A stretch of DNA of 63,670 nt, counting the filler, from Octopus bimaculoides (lineage: Eukaryota): assembly GCF_001194135.2 (NCBI RefSeq). It is 6 parts of 5 records of this genome, joined end to end, with 100 filler letters (N's around TTAATTAATTAA, not from the genome) between each part and the next. Parts side by side here need not be neighbours in the genome. Positions count along the whole stretch, not along the records: positions 19,164 to 30,886 come from NC_069006.1; positions 30,987 to 42,964 come from NC_068985.1; 4 more parts are not named here. The stretch is one strand, 5' to 3'. The translations under genes were made by a program, and so were the position numbers. A model generated the notes under the pieces. The model saw only the letters and a list, made by a program, of their open reading frames with translations. It was not told where the DNA came from and searched no databases. Below, in pieces: positions 25,555-36,230 of the stretch. The stretch's first letter is position 1. Each line of letters starts with the position of its first letter.

Positions 25555-26714
25555 ATAAATCAATCCCAATATTTATTTTCTCTTTTTCAAGCCTGGTACT
25601 TATTTTGACGGTCACTTTTGTCAAACTACTAAGTTACGGGGACGTAAACACACCAACACCAGTTGTCAAGTGGTTGTGGGGAACAAACACAGACACAAAG
25701 GCAAACACATGCACACACACATACATTATATATACACAGGGTGTTTCAAAAGTCTATATCACATTCTAAGAACTCTTATATCATGAACTACAAATGGTAG
25801 CCTGATTGAACTGGTATCATTTAAAAGTTAAAAGTATCAAGTTTTCTTTTGTTAATTTAATTTTAATTTAATTAATTCAATTTAATTCAATCTTGTTTTT
25901 TGTCTCTTTTCAGATCCAGTAATGTCATTCACAAAACACGAGAAGTCATTTTGCATCCTAGAATACACTAAAACTGTATCATGGACATGTGTTCAATGCA
26001 AATTTCATACGTTTACCAAGCAGGCACCAGACAGATGTTCCATTTTGAATTGGCATGCAAAATTTAAGGAGGAGGAGTGTTTGTGCCTGGCAAAGAGAAC
26101 AGGACACCCCTGTGCAAAATTCATGGGGAATAGGTTCATCAGTGTCCTTCACCTGTTGAACCAATTGCAGCTCGCGTGGTGCGAACTGCAGCCTTCCTCC
26201 TAAAGACACATCAACAGTTGTTGATGGGAACTGAAGTTCTCGACTGGCTATCCTGACTGGTTGCTGGGGGGCTGGGCTGGACTGAAAGGCTGGCCCTACT
26301 TGTTCAACCATACCATCTGAAGTTGAGGGGCATCCTGTTCTCAATGCTGGGCACAAGCACTCCTCCTCCTTAAATTTTGCATGCCAATTCAAAATGGAAC
26401 ATCTGTCTGGTGCCTGCCTGGTAAATGTTGGATGCAAAATGACTTCTCGTGTTTTGTGAATGACATTACTGGATCTGAAAAGAGACAAAAAACAAAACTA
26501 AATTAAATGTAATTAATTAAATTAAAATTAAATTAACAGAAGAAAACTTGATACTTTCAGCTTTTAAATGATACCAGTTCAATCATGCTACCATTTGTAC
26601 ACTAGGCTTTGATTGGCCCAAGACAATAGCAGAAGACATTTGCCCAAAGTGCCTTGCAGTGGGACTGAAACCAGAACCATGTGGTTGAGAAGCTAGCTTC
26701 TTACCATACAGCCT
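25555..26714 (-). mobile_element. SINE family C split by a mariner fold-back (3' part 25555-25730, 5' part 26601-26714)
   Basis: Head (tggtaagaagctag...tttcagtcccactgc...ctttgggcaaatgtc) and tail are on the same strand, either side of the insert. Confidence 0.75.
25737..26599. mobile_element. Tc1/mariner 5' fragment duplicated as an inverted repeat
   Basis: CAGGGTGTTTCAAAA terminus after (TA)n/(CA). Transposase N-terminus MSFTKHEKSFCILEY...SILNWHAKFKEEECLC..RTG.P appears on both strands; arms 25789-26110 and 26327-26599. Confidence 0.9.
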
Positions 26715-26715
26715 T

Positions 26716-26778
<63 letters not shown>

Positions 26779-29700
26779 CTTCCGATGGTCTTATCGTGGT
26801 GGAAGAGCTTGTGTGTTCCAATGATTCTGAGAGTGATACCGTCTGGAGTCTTAGACTCCAGGTAGGGCCACCCATGGCAGCAAAGTCGAGGATGAGGTCC
26901 CAGACTAAACATGACCAAACATCAACATCAAGACCCCAACAGTGGAGTAAGCGGAGGAGGGCTATCTCAAGCCCCCACGGATTGACTCTGGCAGTGAGGA
27001 CAATGCCTGGTGGGCAGGCGTGACAAAGGCGGATAGACTCTGGCAGCTCAGTGCAACCAGCCTCATCAAGACTGCACGTCTCAATTGTTGAGCTGCAGTG
27101 GAGAAGTTCCTGGCCAAGTGCATGTGCGTGGTCGTTGTGCAGCCACAATCACCTGAAGCAATTTAATTAGCGAATGGCTTCACCTTCCTAATCTGTCTCA
27201 AAAAGCCCAATGTTGATGGTATCATGGGCACCAGAGGCAGGTCTGGAAAGTTGAAAGCCTCTAGTCTGTGACCACACTTTGGTAGCAAATCTCGGTCACT
27301 CTCCAGTGAATAGCCATGACATTGGAGTTCAGCAGCTAGACTCATGACTAGGCCGGCCTCTTTAGGATTACCACAACCCACCCTTCAAGGGGAAGCCCCT
27401 AGAATACGTGGGGTAAACATCGGACACGGCAACTCATTCTGGCCAGCATACTGCGGTTGGCAGACCTCCCACTTAGCAGTCAGAACTCAACTAAATCCTC
27501 TGTTTCACAACCTCTCACCTTTGGAGCCTGGAACATCTGCACTATCCAGAACAATAGTGACATTAATCGACCAGAGTGACATTCAGCCCTCTTCTGCGAG
27601 GAACGTGCCCGCTTCAACATCGACGTGGCAGCCTTGAGCGAGAATGGGCTTCCTGGAGAAGGCAGCATCAGAGAAGCTGGCTCCAAATACACCATCTTTT
27701 GGAAGAAGAAGAATCCTAATGAACCACACCTCCAGGGCGTTGGCCTTGCCATCAAGATGCAAGTCGTGGACCAATCCAGACTTGTTCCAACTGCCATCAG
27801 TGAGCGCCTGATAACTGTTCAGATTCCACTCATTCGGGACAGATTCCTTACGCTGATCTCTGTGACGTAAAGGTTTCATTCTACAACCTGCTGGACTGCA
27901 CCATCCAGACAGTCCCTGCGCATGACAAACTCATGTTGGGGGACTTTAACAGCAGAATCGGCAGTGACCATTGTCTGTGGAATTGCATTCTTGGCCATCA
28001 CAGCATTGGGAAATGCAATGCCAATGTCCAGCTCCTCCTGGGCCTTTGCGCTGTGCATGAACTCGTCATCACCAACTCCCTATTTCGTCTCCCTACCCAA
28101 CAAAAAACAACCTGGAAACACCATGGTCTATACACTGGCACATCTTTGACTACATTCTGATAAGATCCAGGGACAGATGCGATGTACGAATCACCCGCGT
28201 CATGCCTGGTGCAGATGACTGTTGGATAGCTCACCGCCTTCTTATTTCTCACCTTGACATCAGGATTCGCTGCCCACCAAAGTGGTCTCGGCAAACATTC
28301 CTTGCTGACACTTCGACTGCGCTAAACTCTGGAACTCACAGGCATCCCAAGACTTTAGAGAATCCATTGAGAGACACCTGATGGATCTCCCAGAGCCAAC
28401 CTCCATTGAGGATTGCTAGACCAACGTTCGTGAAGTCATGACCGCTGCCGCTGAGCAGACGATTGACTTTGCCTGGAAGAAGGACCAATGAGAATGATGA
28501 GACCATCTCCTGTCTTATCGAAGCCAAACTCCGGATGCACCTAGCCATCGAGAACCATGCCACTTCGGAGACCAAACGAAAATACCAGCAAGGAATGCCA
28601 GCGGAATGCCAGCAAGGAATTTGAGAAGCTCAGAACATCTGGTGGCAGAAGAAAGCAGAGGAGATGCAAAACTGTGCCGACCAACGAGACTTGCGTAGCT
28701 TTTATGCTGCAACCAAAGAGATCTTCGGCCCACAAGGTCATCAGTGGGTGGCCTGAAGAACGCAGCTAGCTTTACGATAACCGACACCCAGGGAATCCTT
28801 GATCACTGGAAGTCCCATTTCGAGTGCCTACTTAACGACCACTTATGCACGCTTGACGATCTCCTCCAAAACTCCCCACAGCTCCCCATCCACCATTGGA
28901 TGTCCCTGCCACCCTCATGTCATGAGTTCAACAAGGCACTTGCGTGCAGGAAGCCGGGGAAAGCTCCAGGACCAGACAACATCCCGTTTGAGTTTTTCAC
29001 GCACGGAGGTCCTGAGCTGAGAGATCATCTGATGCTCCTTATCCTCAAGATCTGAGAAAGCAAGACCCCCACCCACTACCGCCCAACGACTTCCGCCATG
29101 CAACTATCATCACCATCTACAAGAAGGGAGACCGAGAGGATTGCAACAACTATCGGGGAATCTCACTCCTGAGTATTGCAAGTAAGATCTTCGCCCGTAT
29201 ACTACTCAATCACCTCCTCATCCTCACAGATCATGTCCTCCCTGAGTCCCAGAGTGGCTTTCGACCCTCTCGAGGCACAATCGACATGATCTTTTGTGCC
29301 CCTCAACTCCAGGAGAAGTATCAGGAACAACAACAGCCTGCAATGTTCATCTTCTGGAATCTAAAGAAAGCCTTTGACAAGGTCCCCCGTCCTGTAATGT
29401 GGGCCGCCCTTGCCCGATTTGGATGTCCGGAGGACTTCGTTGCCATGGCCAGCTCCATCCATGATGGCATGCATGGTGGGTAGGGTATGCCATTAAAATT
29501 CCATCACACACCTGTTTCCCATCACTGGGGATCTTAAGCAAAGATGCGTCCTGGCACCAACCTGTTTCTCTTTGTACATGGCCACCATGTTCAACGAAAT
29601 CCCACTAGGCTCGCCTTCCATCAACATCCGCTATTGCTTGGATGGTGGACTCTTCAATCTTGCACGTCTCCTTGCAAAGACAAGGACCTCCGCCATCTCA

Positions 29701-30612
29701 GTCCGTGAGATGCAGTATGCCGATGACAATGCCACTCCGAGCTGGACCGCAGATGGCCTATAATGTGGCTTACGAACGCTTCACGATGCAGGTAAACACA
29801 TTAAAGACCAAGACACTGATCCAACCTGCACCAGGCCAGAACAGTCCACCCACAAACATTAGCATCAACAGCGCCAACCCTTAGAAGAAGTTGAACATTT
29901 TACATGCCTTGGAAGTATCCTTTCGAAGAGCCCCAAGTGTGAAAATGACGTGGAGAACCAGATTGGGGCGGCCCACTTCGCCTTCGGCAGACTCAGCCAA
30001 CATGTATTCTTCAATCATGCGCTGACCATCCGTACAAAGATTATGGTCTTCTGTACCATTGTCCTGTCAACTCTACTCTACGCTTGTGAGACTTGGGCAT
30101 TGTACCTCCGTAACTTCAAGTGCCTTGAATGCTTCCAGCAATCGAAGCTACGACAGATCCTCAGCATACAATGGGAAGATCACGTTACCAACAATGAGGT
30201 TCTTCACCGTGCCTCACTACCAAGTGTCGAAGCCACCATTCTTCGCCATCGTCTCCGCTGGGCAGGTCACATCCAGCGTATGGAACTCTCTCGTTTCCCA
30301 AGGATCATGCTTTATGGAGAACTTGCAATCGGAACAAGACCCAGAGGAGATACGAAATTCCGTTTTAAAGACCAGCTCAAACTGACCTTGGCTCAAGCTA
30401 ACATCCAGCTATCCTCACGGGAACAGATTGCCATGGATAGGACAGCCTGGAGGAGTGCTATCCGCAATGGAGCCAGCTACTTCAAGTAGAACAAACAACA
30501 GAGTGAGGAAGCAAAACGCAGGAGAAGAAAGGAGAGTCTTCAACATCCTCAAACCATCCTGTGCGAGTTCTGCCCACGACTCTTTCACCACCGACTTGGA
30601 CTCCATAGTCAT
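26779..30612 (+). mobile_element. Near full-length degraded RTE LINE (APE + RT)
   Basis: APE: GAWNI, IDVAALSE, GVGLAIK, LGDFNSRIG, HIFDYILI. RT: NYRGISLLSIASKIFARIL, PESQSGFR, DLKKAFD-like, QYADD. C-terminus: RLRWAGHIQRM...MLYGEL. Flanked by (TA)n on both sides; many stops and frameshifts. Confidence 0.95.
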
Positions 30613-30629
30613 TTTCGGCACAGACATAA

Positions 30630-30886
30630 GCCGAGGAGACTAGATGGAAACCGTCGAACCCAATGCTTGACGATATATATATATATATATGGGAGAATAT
30701 ACGAAAAAACAACAACAGACGAGGACAGGTGGTGTAAATAACAAAAGGATGTATTAGTATGACGCTCGGGAATACGGAAAGTATTTGCCGTTTCGAGCTA
30801 CGCTCTTCAACAGAAAGAATACGGAGACAAGGAGAAAAACACGGAGAAAAAAAATTGAATAGTGTCCAGTCAACGGTCAATCATAA
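30630..30886 (-). mobile_element. Penelope-like pLTR fragment
   Basis: Starts at (TA)n, is homologous to 31712-31815, and carries a hammerhead-like GAAGAGCGTAGCTCGAAAC on the minus strand. Confidence 0.6.
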
Positions 30887-30988
30887 NNNNNNNNNNNNNN
30901 NNNNNNNNNNNNNNNNNNNNNNNNNNNNNNTTAATTAATTAANNNNNNNNNNNNNNNNNNNNNNNNNNNNNNNNNNNNNNNNNNNNAT

Positions 30989-31347
30989 ATAAAGCAGTTG
31001 TATACTGTCAGCTTAATGTGACAGTCCCAATAAGGGAATCATACTGCTGCTATTTAGCCCTAGGAAGCTGGACCACTTCCTGTCGGCCTTGACACATTTT
31101 CTGTGTCTTTATATTTGCGAGGGGGAGACAAGCACCCCTGAGGCTGATGACGAGCAATGACTCAGAAACATGTCCCTGAATGCACACTAGGCTGGGTGGG
31201 GGTGCTTGTCTCCCCCTCGCAAATATAAGGACACAGAAATGTGTCAAGGCCGACAGGATGCGGTCCAGCTTCCTAGGGCTAAACAGCAACAGTATGATTC
31301 CCTTATTGGGACTGTCATATTAAGTTGACAGTATACAACTGCTTTAT
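30989..31347. repeat. Long inverted repeat (~150-bp arms, 60-nt spacer)
   Basis: Arms 30989-31138 and 31199-31347 differ at about 8 positions by eye. Confidence 0.95.
31139..31179 (+). ncRNA. Minimal type I hammerhead ribozyme motif (probably mutated)
   Basis: AGG-CTGATGA-CGAG(CAATGA)CTCA-GAAA-CATGTC-CCT: stem I AGG/CCT, intact CUGAUGA and GAAA core, palindromic stem III ACAUGU, GUC triplet ending at 31174, and one C.A mismatch closing stem II. Confidence 0.65.
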
Positions 31348-31679
31348 CGTAACACTGCTGCTTAATTCTCTCTGTGAGATTTATAATTAGATCATTTCTA
31401 ATATATATATATATATATATTTAAAAAGGAGATTTAATACCGGAGTTTATATATCCATGTCTTCATTCAATGTAAACATTTCTGTGTATAACTATATTTA
31501 AGCATTAAAATAAGTTAAATATATTAGTTGTCTTACACGTCATCAGGAATGATTTTCATTAGAACAAAAAACCAAAAGAAAACATAATGAATTGATCGAA
31601 CAAATCAATTTTTAAAAACTATACCATTTTCAGTTAAATACGAGACCTTCTCTGTTTACTTCTGCTAATTTGTAGGGGA

Positions 31680-31711
<32 letters not shown>

Positions 31712-31716
<5 letters not shown>

Positions 31717-31815
31717 GAGAATTCACAAAAAAAAACAAAAGACGAAGACAGATGGTGTAGAAAACAATCAGATGTATTAGTATAACGCTCGGGAAGTGAA
31801 AAAGTCTTTAACGTT
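31712..31815 (-). mobile_element. Penelope-like pLTR fragment (truncated by gap)
   Basis: Homologous to 30630-30790; begins at (TA)n. Confidence 0.55.
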
Positions 31816-31826
31816 NNNNNNNNNNG

Positions 31827-33804
31827 GGTAAATTATCGCCATTTTGTTGTATTTTTAATTTCACGCATGCGCATTGTTTGTTTTTGATTTTGTTGCCTAC
31901 ACAGCCCACAGTATAGTAGGGTCAGTTGGGCACCGTCTGTGAGGAAAACAATACTATGACGCAATTCATTCTGCCAGAAATTTGGAAAGGACATGTATTG
32001 CTTGACATTTGCTCCGGAAGATCCAATATAAACATTTCAGAGTGTTTGGGTGTCAATCTGAGAACAGTGCAGAGGATTCGGAAAGAGTTGGATGAGTCTA
32101 ATGGGGATTAGAAAGGTAGCGCAGCTCGGAAAACTCACTCTGATCATTCTGATAAGAAAAGAACCCCTAAATTTTCTGGTGAGATCCAGGCCTTGATTGA
32201 CAACGATCCCTCGAAGTCAATCAGGGACATGAGATTGTCTGAGTTCCTTATCAAGCAGGTAGTGCATGAAGACATTCGGTATTCTTCATACAATACGCGA
32301 AAGGGCCAATTTTTATCCTCTAGTGAAATTCTTTTCTCCTTTATTAGATATACATCCGAATGTAGCAGATAACAGCTAAACTTTGGGCGCTGTTTGGACC
32401 CCGTTGTGTCCACCACTCTGATTGATTGGTATTGGCGCAAATTGTCTCTTACTCTGGCGCGTCAATATGCAACCTAACCAATCGAAGTCCCTAAATAAGA
32501 TCACATGAGACGGTCTGTTTTAAGCTCCAATTTGAGCCTACTCTTACTTATAAAAACTCAACTTCTCTCTGTCTCAGTCTTTTGGTTCCAGACCTTCTAA
32601 AGTCTAGCCATCAACCAGACAACACAACAAGTTCCAGCAACAATGCCAGACAACACCCATCCAACAGTATTACAGCGACCTCCATCTTCGTCGCCACCAT
32701 CATGTCTCTCACCAACGTCGTCAACAACATCTCTACGTACATAGCACCAGTAACACTGCACAGGTTCTAACACTACTTCACCATGGTTAACAACAAACAT
32801 ACAATCCACACAGATGCCAGTAAATATATCAATAAATCTTTCATAAGCCTTCTATTCGGTTGTGACTCTTCTCTTTTCCAACTGGCACATTAGATGTATT
32901 ATTTCAGCCTTCTGATATGAGCTGATATTAGATGGTCACACAACACGCACCACGGACCGCTATCTAAAATGGTGACCCCGACGCAGCACACGCACCACGG
33001 ACCACTATTTGTAATGGTGACCATGACCATCGATAATCCCAAGCCATCAAGGACAAGAGGAAAGACCGCGCTACGAAGCCTTTGAACAAACTCAAGTATC
33101 TCCTCCAACCGAACATGCTTTGGTTTTTCTCAGATGAGAAAATTTTCTGCCAGGATCAGATAGTGAACACATAGAAAGCCGTTCTCTTGCCGTGTCCCCA
33201 AAACATGTACTAAGCGTGATAAAAATCAAACATCCAGTCAACATCATGGTGTTTGAAGTGATCACTAGTGATGGCGACGTTATGCCTCCAGTCATCTTCC
33301 CACATGACCTCAGACACAACACGAAAGCCTACATCAAGTGCATGGAGGAGGTAGTGCTGCCATGGGTCAAGAGGGTGACTGCTGGAAACCTTGTCTGGCA
33401 ACAAGACTCTGCATCATGCCAGTCATGGCTGTCAGACAATTTTTGCAACAACATCATCCCTAATATCTGGCCATCTAACTCTTCAGACTGCAACCCCCTT
33501 GATTAATACGTGTGGGGCGCAGTTGAGCGAGAGCCCAACAAAACTCCTTGTAACACCAAAGATGAACTGAAGGCAAGGATTATGGCAGCATTCACCAACT
33601 TAAACAAGGAGATCATCCAGAAGAGTTGCAGGAAATTTCGAAGTAGTCTGGAGGTTATGGTTGAAGCTAATAGTGATTTCATTGAATAAATTTACTCTTT
33701 AGTATTTGAAGATATTTTAATGTAATTTTGGTAAATATATCTGTTAAAATGAGATGTTATTTTCATTTTTGATTAATTTAGGCGACAATTTATTCACCGC
33801 ACCC
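31827..33804 (+). mobile_element. maT/DD37D-like Tc1/mariner transposon with nested insertion
   Basis: LGVNLRTVQRIRKEL (HTH), WFFSDEK, VWQQDSA, WPSNSSDCNPLD. TIR-like taaattatcgcc / ggcgacaattta, ending CACCC|TA. Confidence 0.92.
32319..33035 (+). mobile_element. LTR (~32342-32969) plus tRNA-Trp primer-binding site, probably Gypsy-type
   Basis: Terminal inverted TATTAGATA...TATCTAAAA, TATAAAAA at 32549, AATAAA at 32831, PBS TGGTGACCCCGACG at 32970-32983. ATCC is duplicated at the junctions (32315-18, 33036-39). Confidence 0.7.
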
Positions 33805-34409
33805 TATATATNNNNNNNNNNNNNNNNNNNNNNNNNNNNNNNNNNNNNNNNNNNNNNNNNNNNNNNNNNNNNNNNNNNNNNNNNNNNNNNNNNNNNNNNN
33901 NNNNNNNNNNNNNNNNNNNNNNNNNNNNNNNNNNNNNNNNNNNNNNNNNNNNNNNNNNNNNNNNNNNNNNNNNNNNNNNNNNNNNNNNNNNTATATATAG
34001 TCACAATGAGGATATTCAAATCTGTTATAGAGATATTTATCCAAGATACACTGGTTTGATATATCAAATTTTGAAGAGATAATTCTTCAATGAATATATA
34101 ATATAGGATATCGTAAGATTCAAACATTTTTAATGAGTTAGAAAAGAGAGAAGACCCGGCAAATAAAGTGAGTTCACAGCTATAACCACACCAGCGTCGC
34201 ATAATCAGCCCACTCAAAAGTACCTTGGATCGTATGGTGACATGCTGTGCTTGAGTAGCTATTGAGTCAAGTACATCAACATCAGTATCAAGATCAAATC
34301 AAATTACAATCAAATGGAAGTTGTAGTTGTGACCCCTGTGCTGGTGGCATATAAAAAGCACCATCTGAACATGGCTGATGTCAGAGATATTCCAAGTAAG
34401 TTTTATCTT

Positions 34410-34990
34410 AATAATTACGATGCGCACTCTTCTACTTTCCCTTCTCTGTCTATCTCTCTCCCTCTCTTGTTCTTCATCCTTTCTGTTCTTCTCTCCCTTT
34501 CACCGTTCTCCCTCTCTCTCCCTCTTCCTCCTTGACTCTCTCGTCGCTGACACGTGACGAAAGGGGATCGTTCTTTCTGTCCACTTCCTTCCTAAGGAAA
34601 AGACGTGCCTTTCTTGTCTCCTCATGGCTCGTCTACCTAGCGTTCATAATTTTTCTATCGTCTTGGCTCAACAGCCCTCGCCGTTTGTTTTTACTGTTTT
34701 GTTCTCACTGTCCTGTTCTTGTTAACACTTTCACCTTCCGCAAAAAATCCCAAATTTTATTTAATTTGCTTTGCGGGAAGGCCTATTTCAATGAAGTCGC
34801 ATATTATCCTTGCCTTCCAAACGCGGAGTAGATGAAACAGGGACAACTGACGAAGGGGTATACTCTTTATGTTGCATGTCTCGTTTCTCTGTTTTGTTCG
34901 TTTTCTGTTTTCGTTTCTCATTGTGCTTAACGTTTTTTTTTTTTTATGTCCTGTACCCATATATGCATGTATGTATACATATAGATGTAG
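34410..34990. mobile_element. Probable Penelope-like pLTR/interspersed repeat
   Basis: Pyrimidine-rich repeat ending in cctgtaccc...atatgcatgtatg, as also seen at 52290-52470 on the opposite strand; CTGACGA motif at 34847. Confidence 0.45.
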
Positions 34991-35104
34991 GTATGTACAT
35001 ATGTATGGATATATGCATATATTTACATATTATTTATATTATTATATGATAGAACGCCACTCATCCTTTTCCAAGTAAGTTTTATCTATCTATCTATCTA
35101 TCTA

Positions 35105-35142
<38 letters not shown>

Positions 35143-35149
<7 letters not shown>

Positions 35150-35421
35150 TGAAAATGGATATAATAACAATGGGAAACTCGTGATTTTCGCTGGTATGTC
35201 TCTAATTAAACAGATAACAAAGAAGGAAGAAGCAGAGATGTACCGTATGGATGTGTGTCTCCATATGTGTCCTTGTGTGAAGTAAAGTGTGTGTGTATAT
35301 ATGGTCATGTGTTTCAGTCTTCATTTGCGTATATGAGCATGTCTCTTCATATAAGCTATGTACATATCCGTCTGTGTGTTGATCTGTTTACTTTCATATC
35401 CATATGCTTACATACACGTGC

Positions 35422-35464
<43 letters not shown>

Positions 35465-35575
35465 TATATACATCTACTCACCCACATACATAATACATCT
35501 ATCTATTTAATTAAAGACATACCAGCGAAAACCACGAGATTCCCATTGTTATTATAGCCATTTTCTTCTATATAA
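35143..35575. repeat. Inverted repeat, ~75-bp arms around a ~280-bp spacer
   Basis: ataataacaatgggaaactcgtgattttcgctggtatgtc versus gacataccagcgaaaaccacgagattcccattgttattat. Confidence 0.85.
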
Positions 35576-35859
35576 CCTAAACTCCGGTTTACCAACCAAA
35601 CGACCTGCTACCGTACAACCTTACAAAAGACTGTGCCTACCCAGCTAATAGCCAGGAGCGACTCTGGATTTAATTATTGAATTGAGGTATTAAACGCCTC
35701 TAACTGATACATACAATATATATATATAAGGAAGTGAGCTTATGTGAACACAAACGTTTGATTACTATAAACAAATCATCTGTGTGGTTGTTTGGCAAGA
35801 AATTGCCGAACCCTCATACGTCATCTAACGACGGAAGATATATATATATATAATATGAA

Positions 35860-36230
35860 TAATACAAAATGGGACAAGAACGCAAAACATCCAGACAGTT
35901 AGGTGATACAAGAAAGGGACAACAAAAATATCCAGATAGACGATACAAAGAAAACAAGGACAGGTCATTCGGAGTTTTCTTTCATCAGTCGAGATCCAGA
36001 TTATCTTTGCAACTTCGGCTGGTTATACTCGGTATTGCTCCAATCCGACCAGCCCCAAGGAAAAACTAAGCTAAGAGCATTAGATTCCTTGGAAGAAAGC
36101 AGCGAATGTATACAAAAACAAGGACGGAAAAAAACGAACAATGTTACACAAATACAATAAAAATAATAACAGGACATAACAAGAAGATGTCACATTGAAC
36201 TTGAATTTTAAAGTACATGGATGAGCATAG
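35860..36230 (-). mobile_element. Penelope-like pLTR fragment
   Basis: Starts at (TA)n; A-rich; decayed CTGATGA..CGAA..GTC motif on the minus strand at 35959-35988. Confidence 0.5.

Noticed and set aside
32319-33035. Helitron interpretation of the insert (TC start and CTAG end on the minus strand)
   Set aside because: No A^T insertion site and no subterminal hairpin; the LTR and PBS features explain it better.
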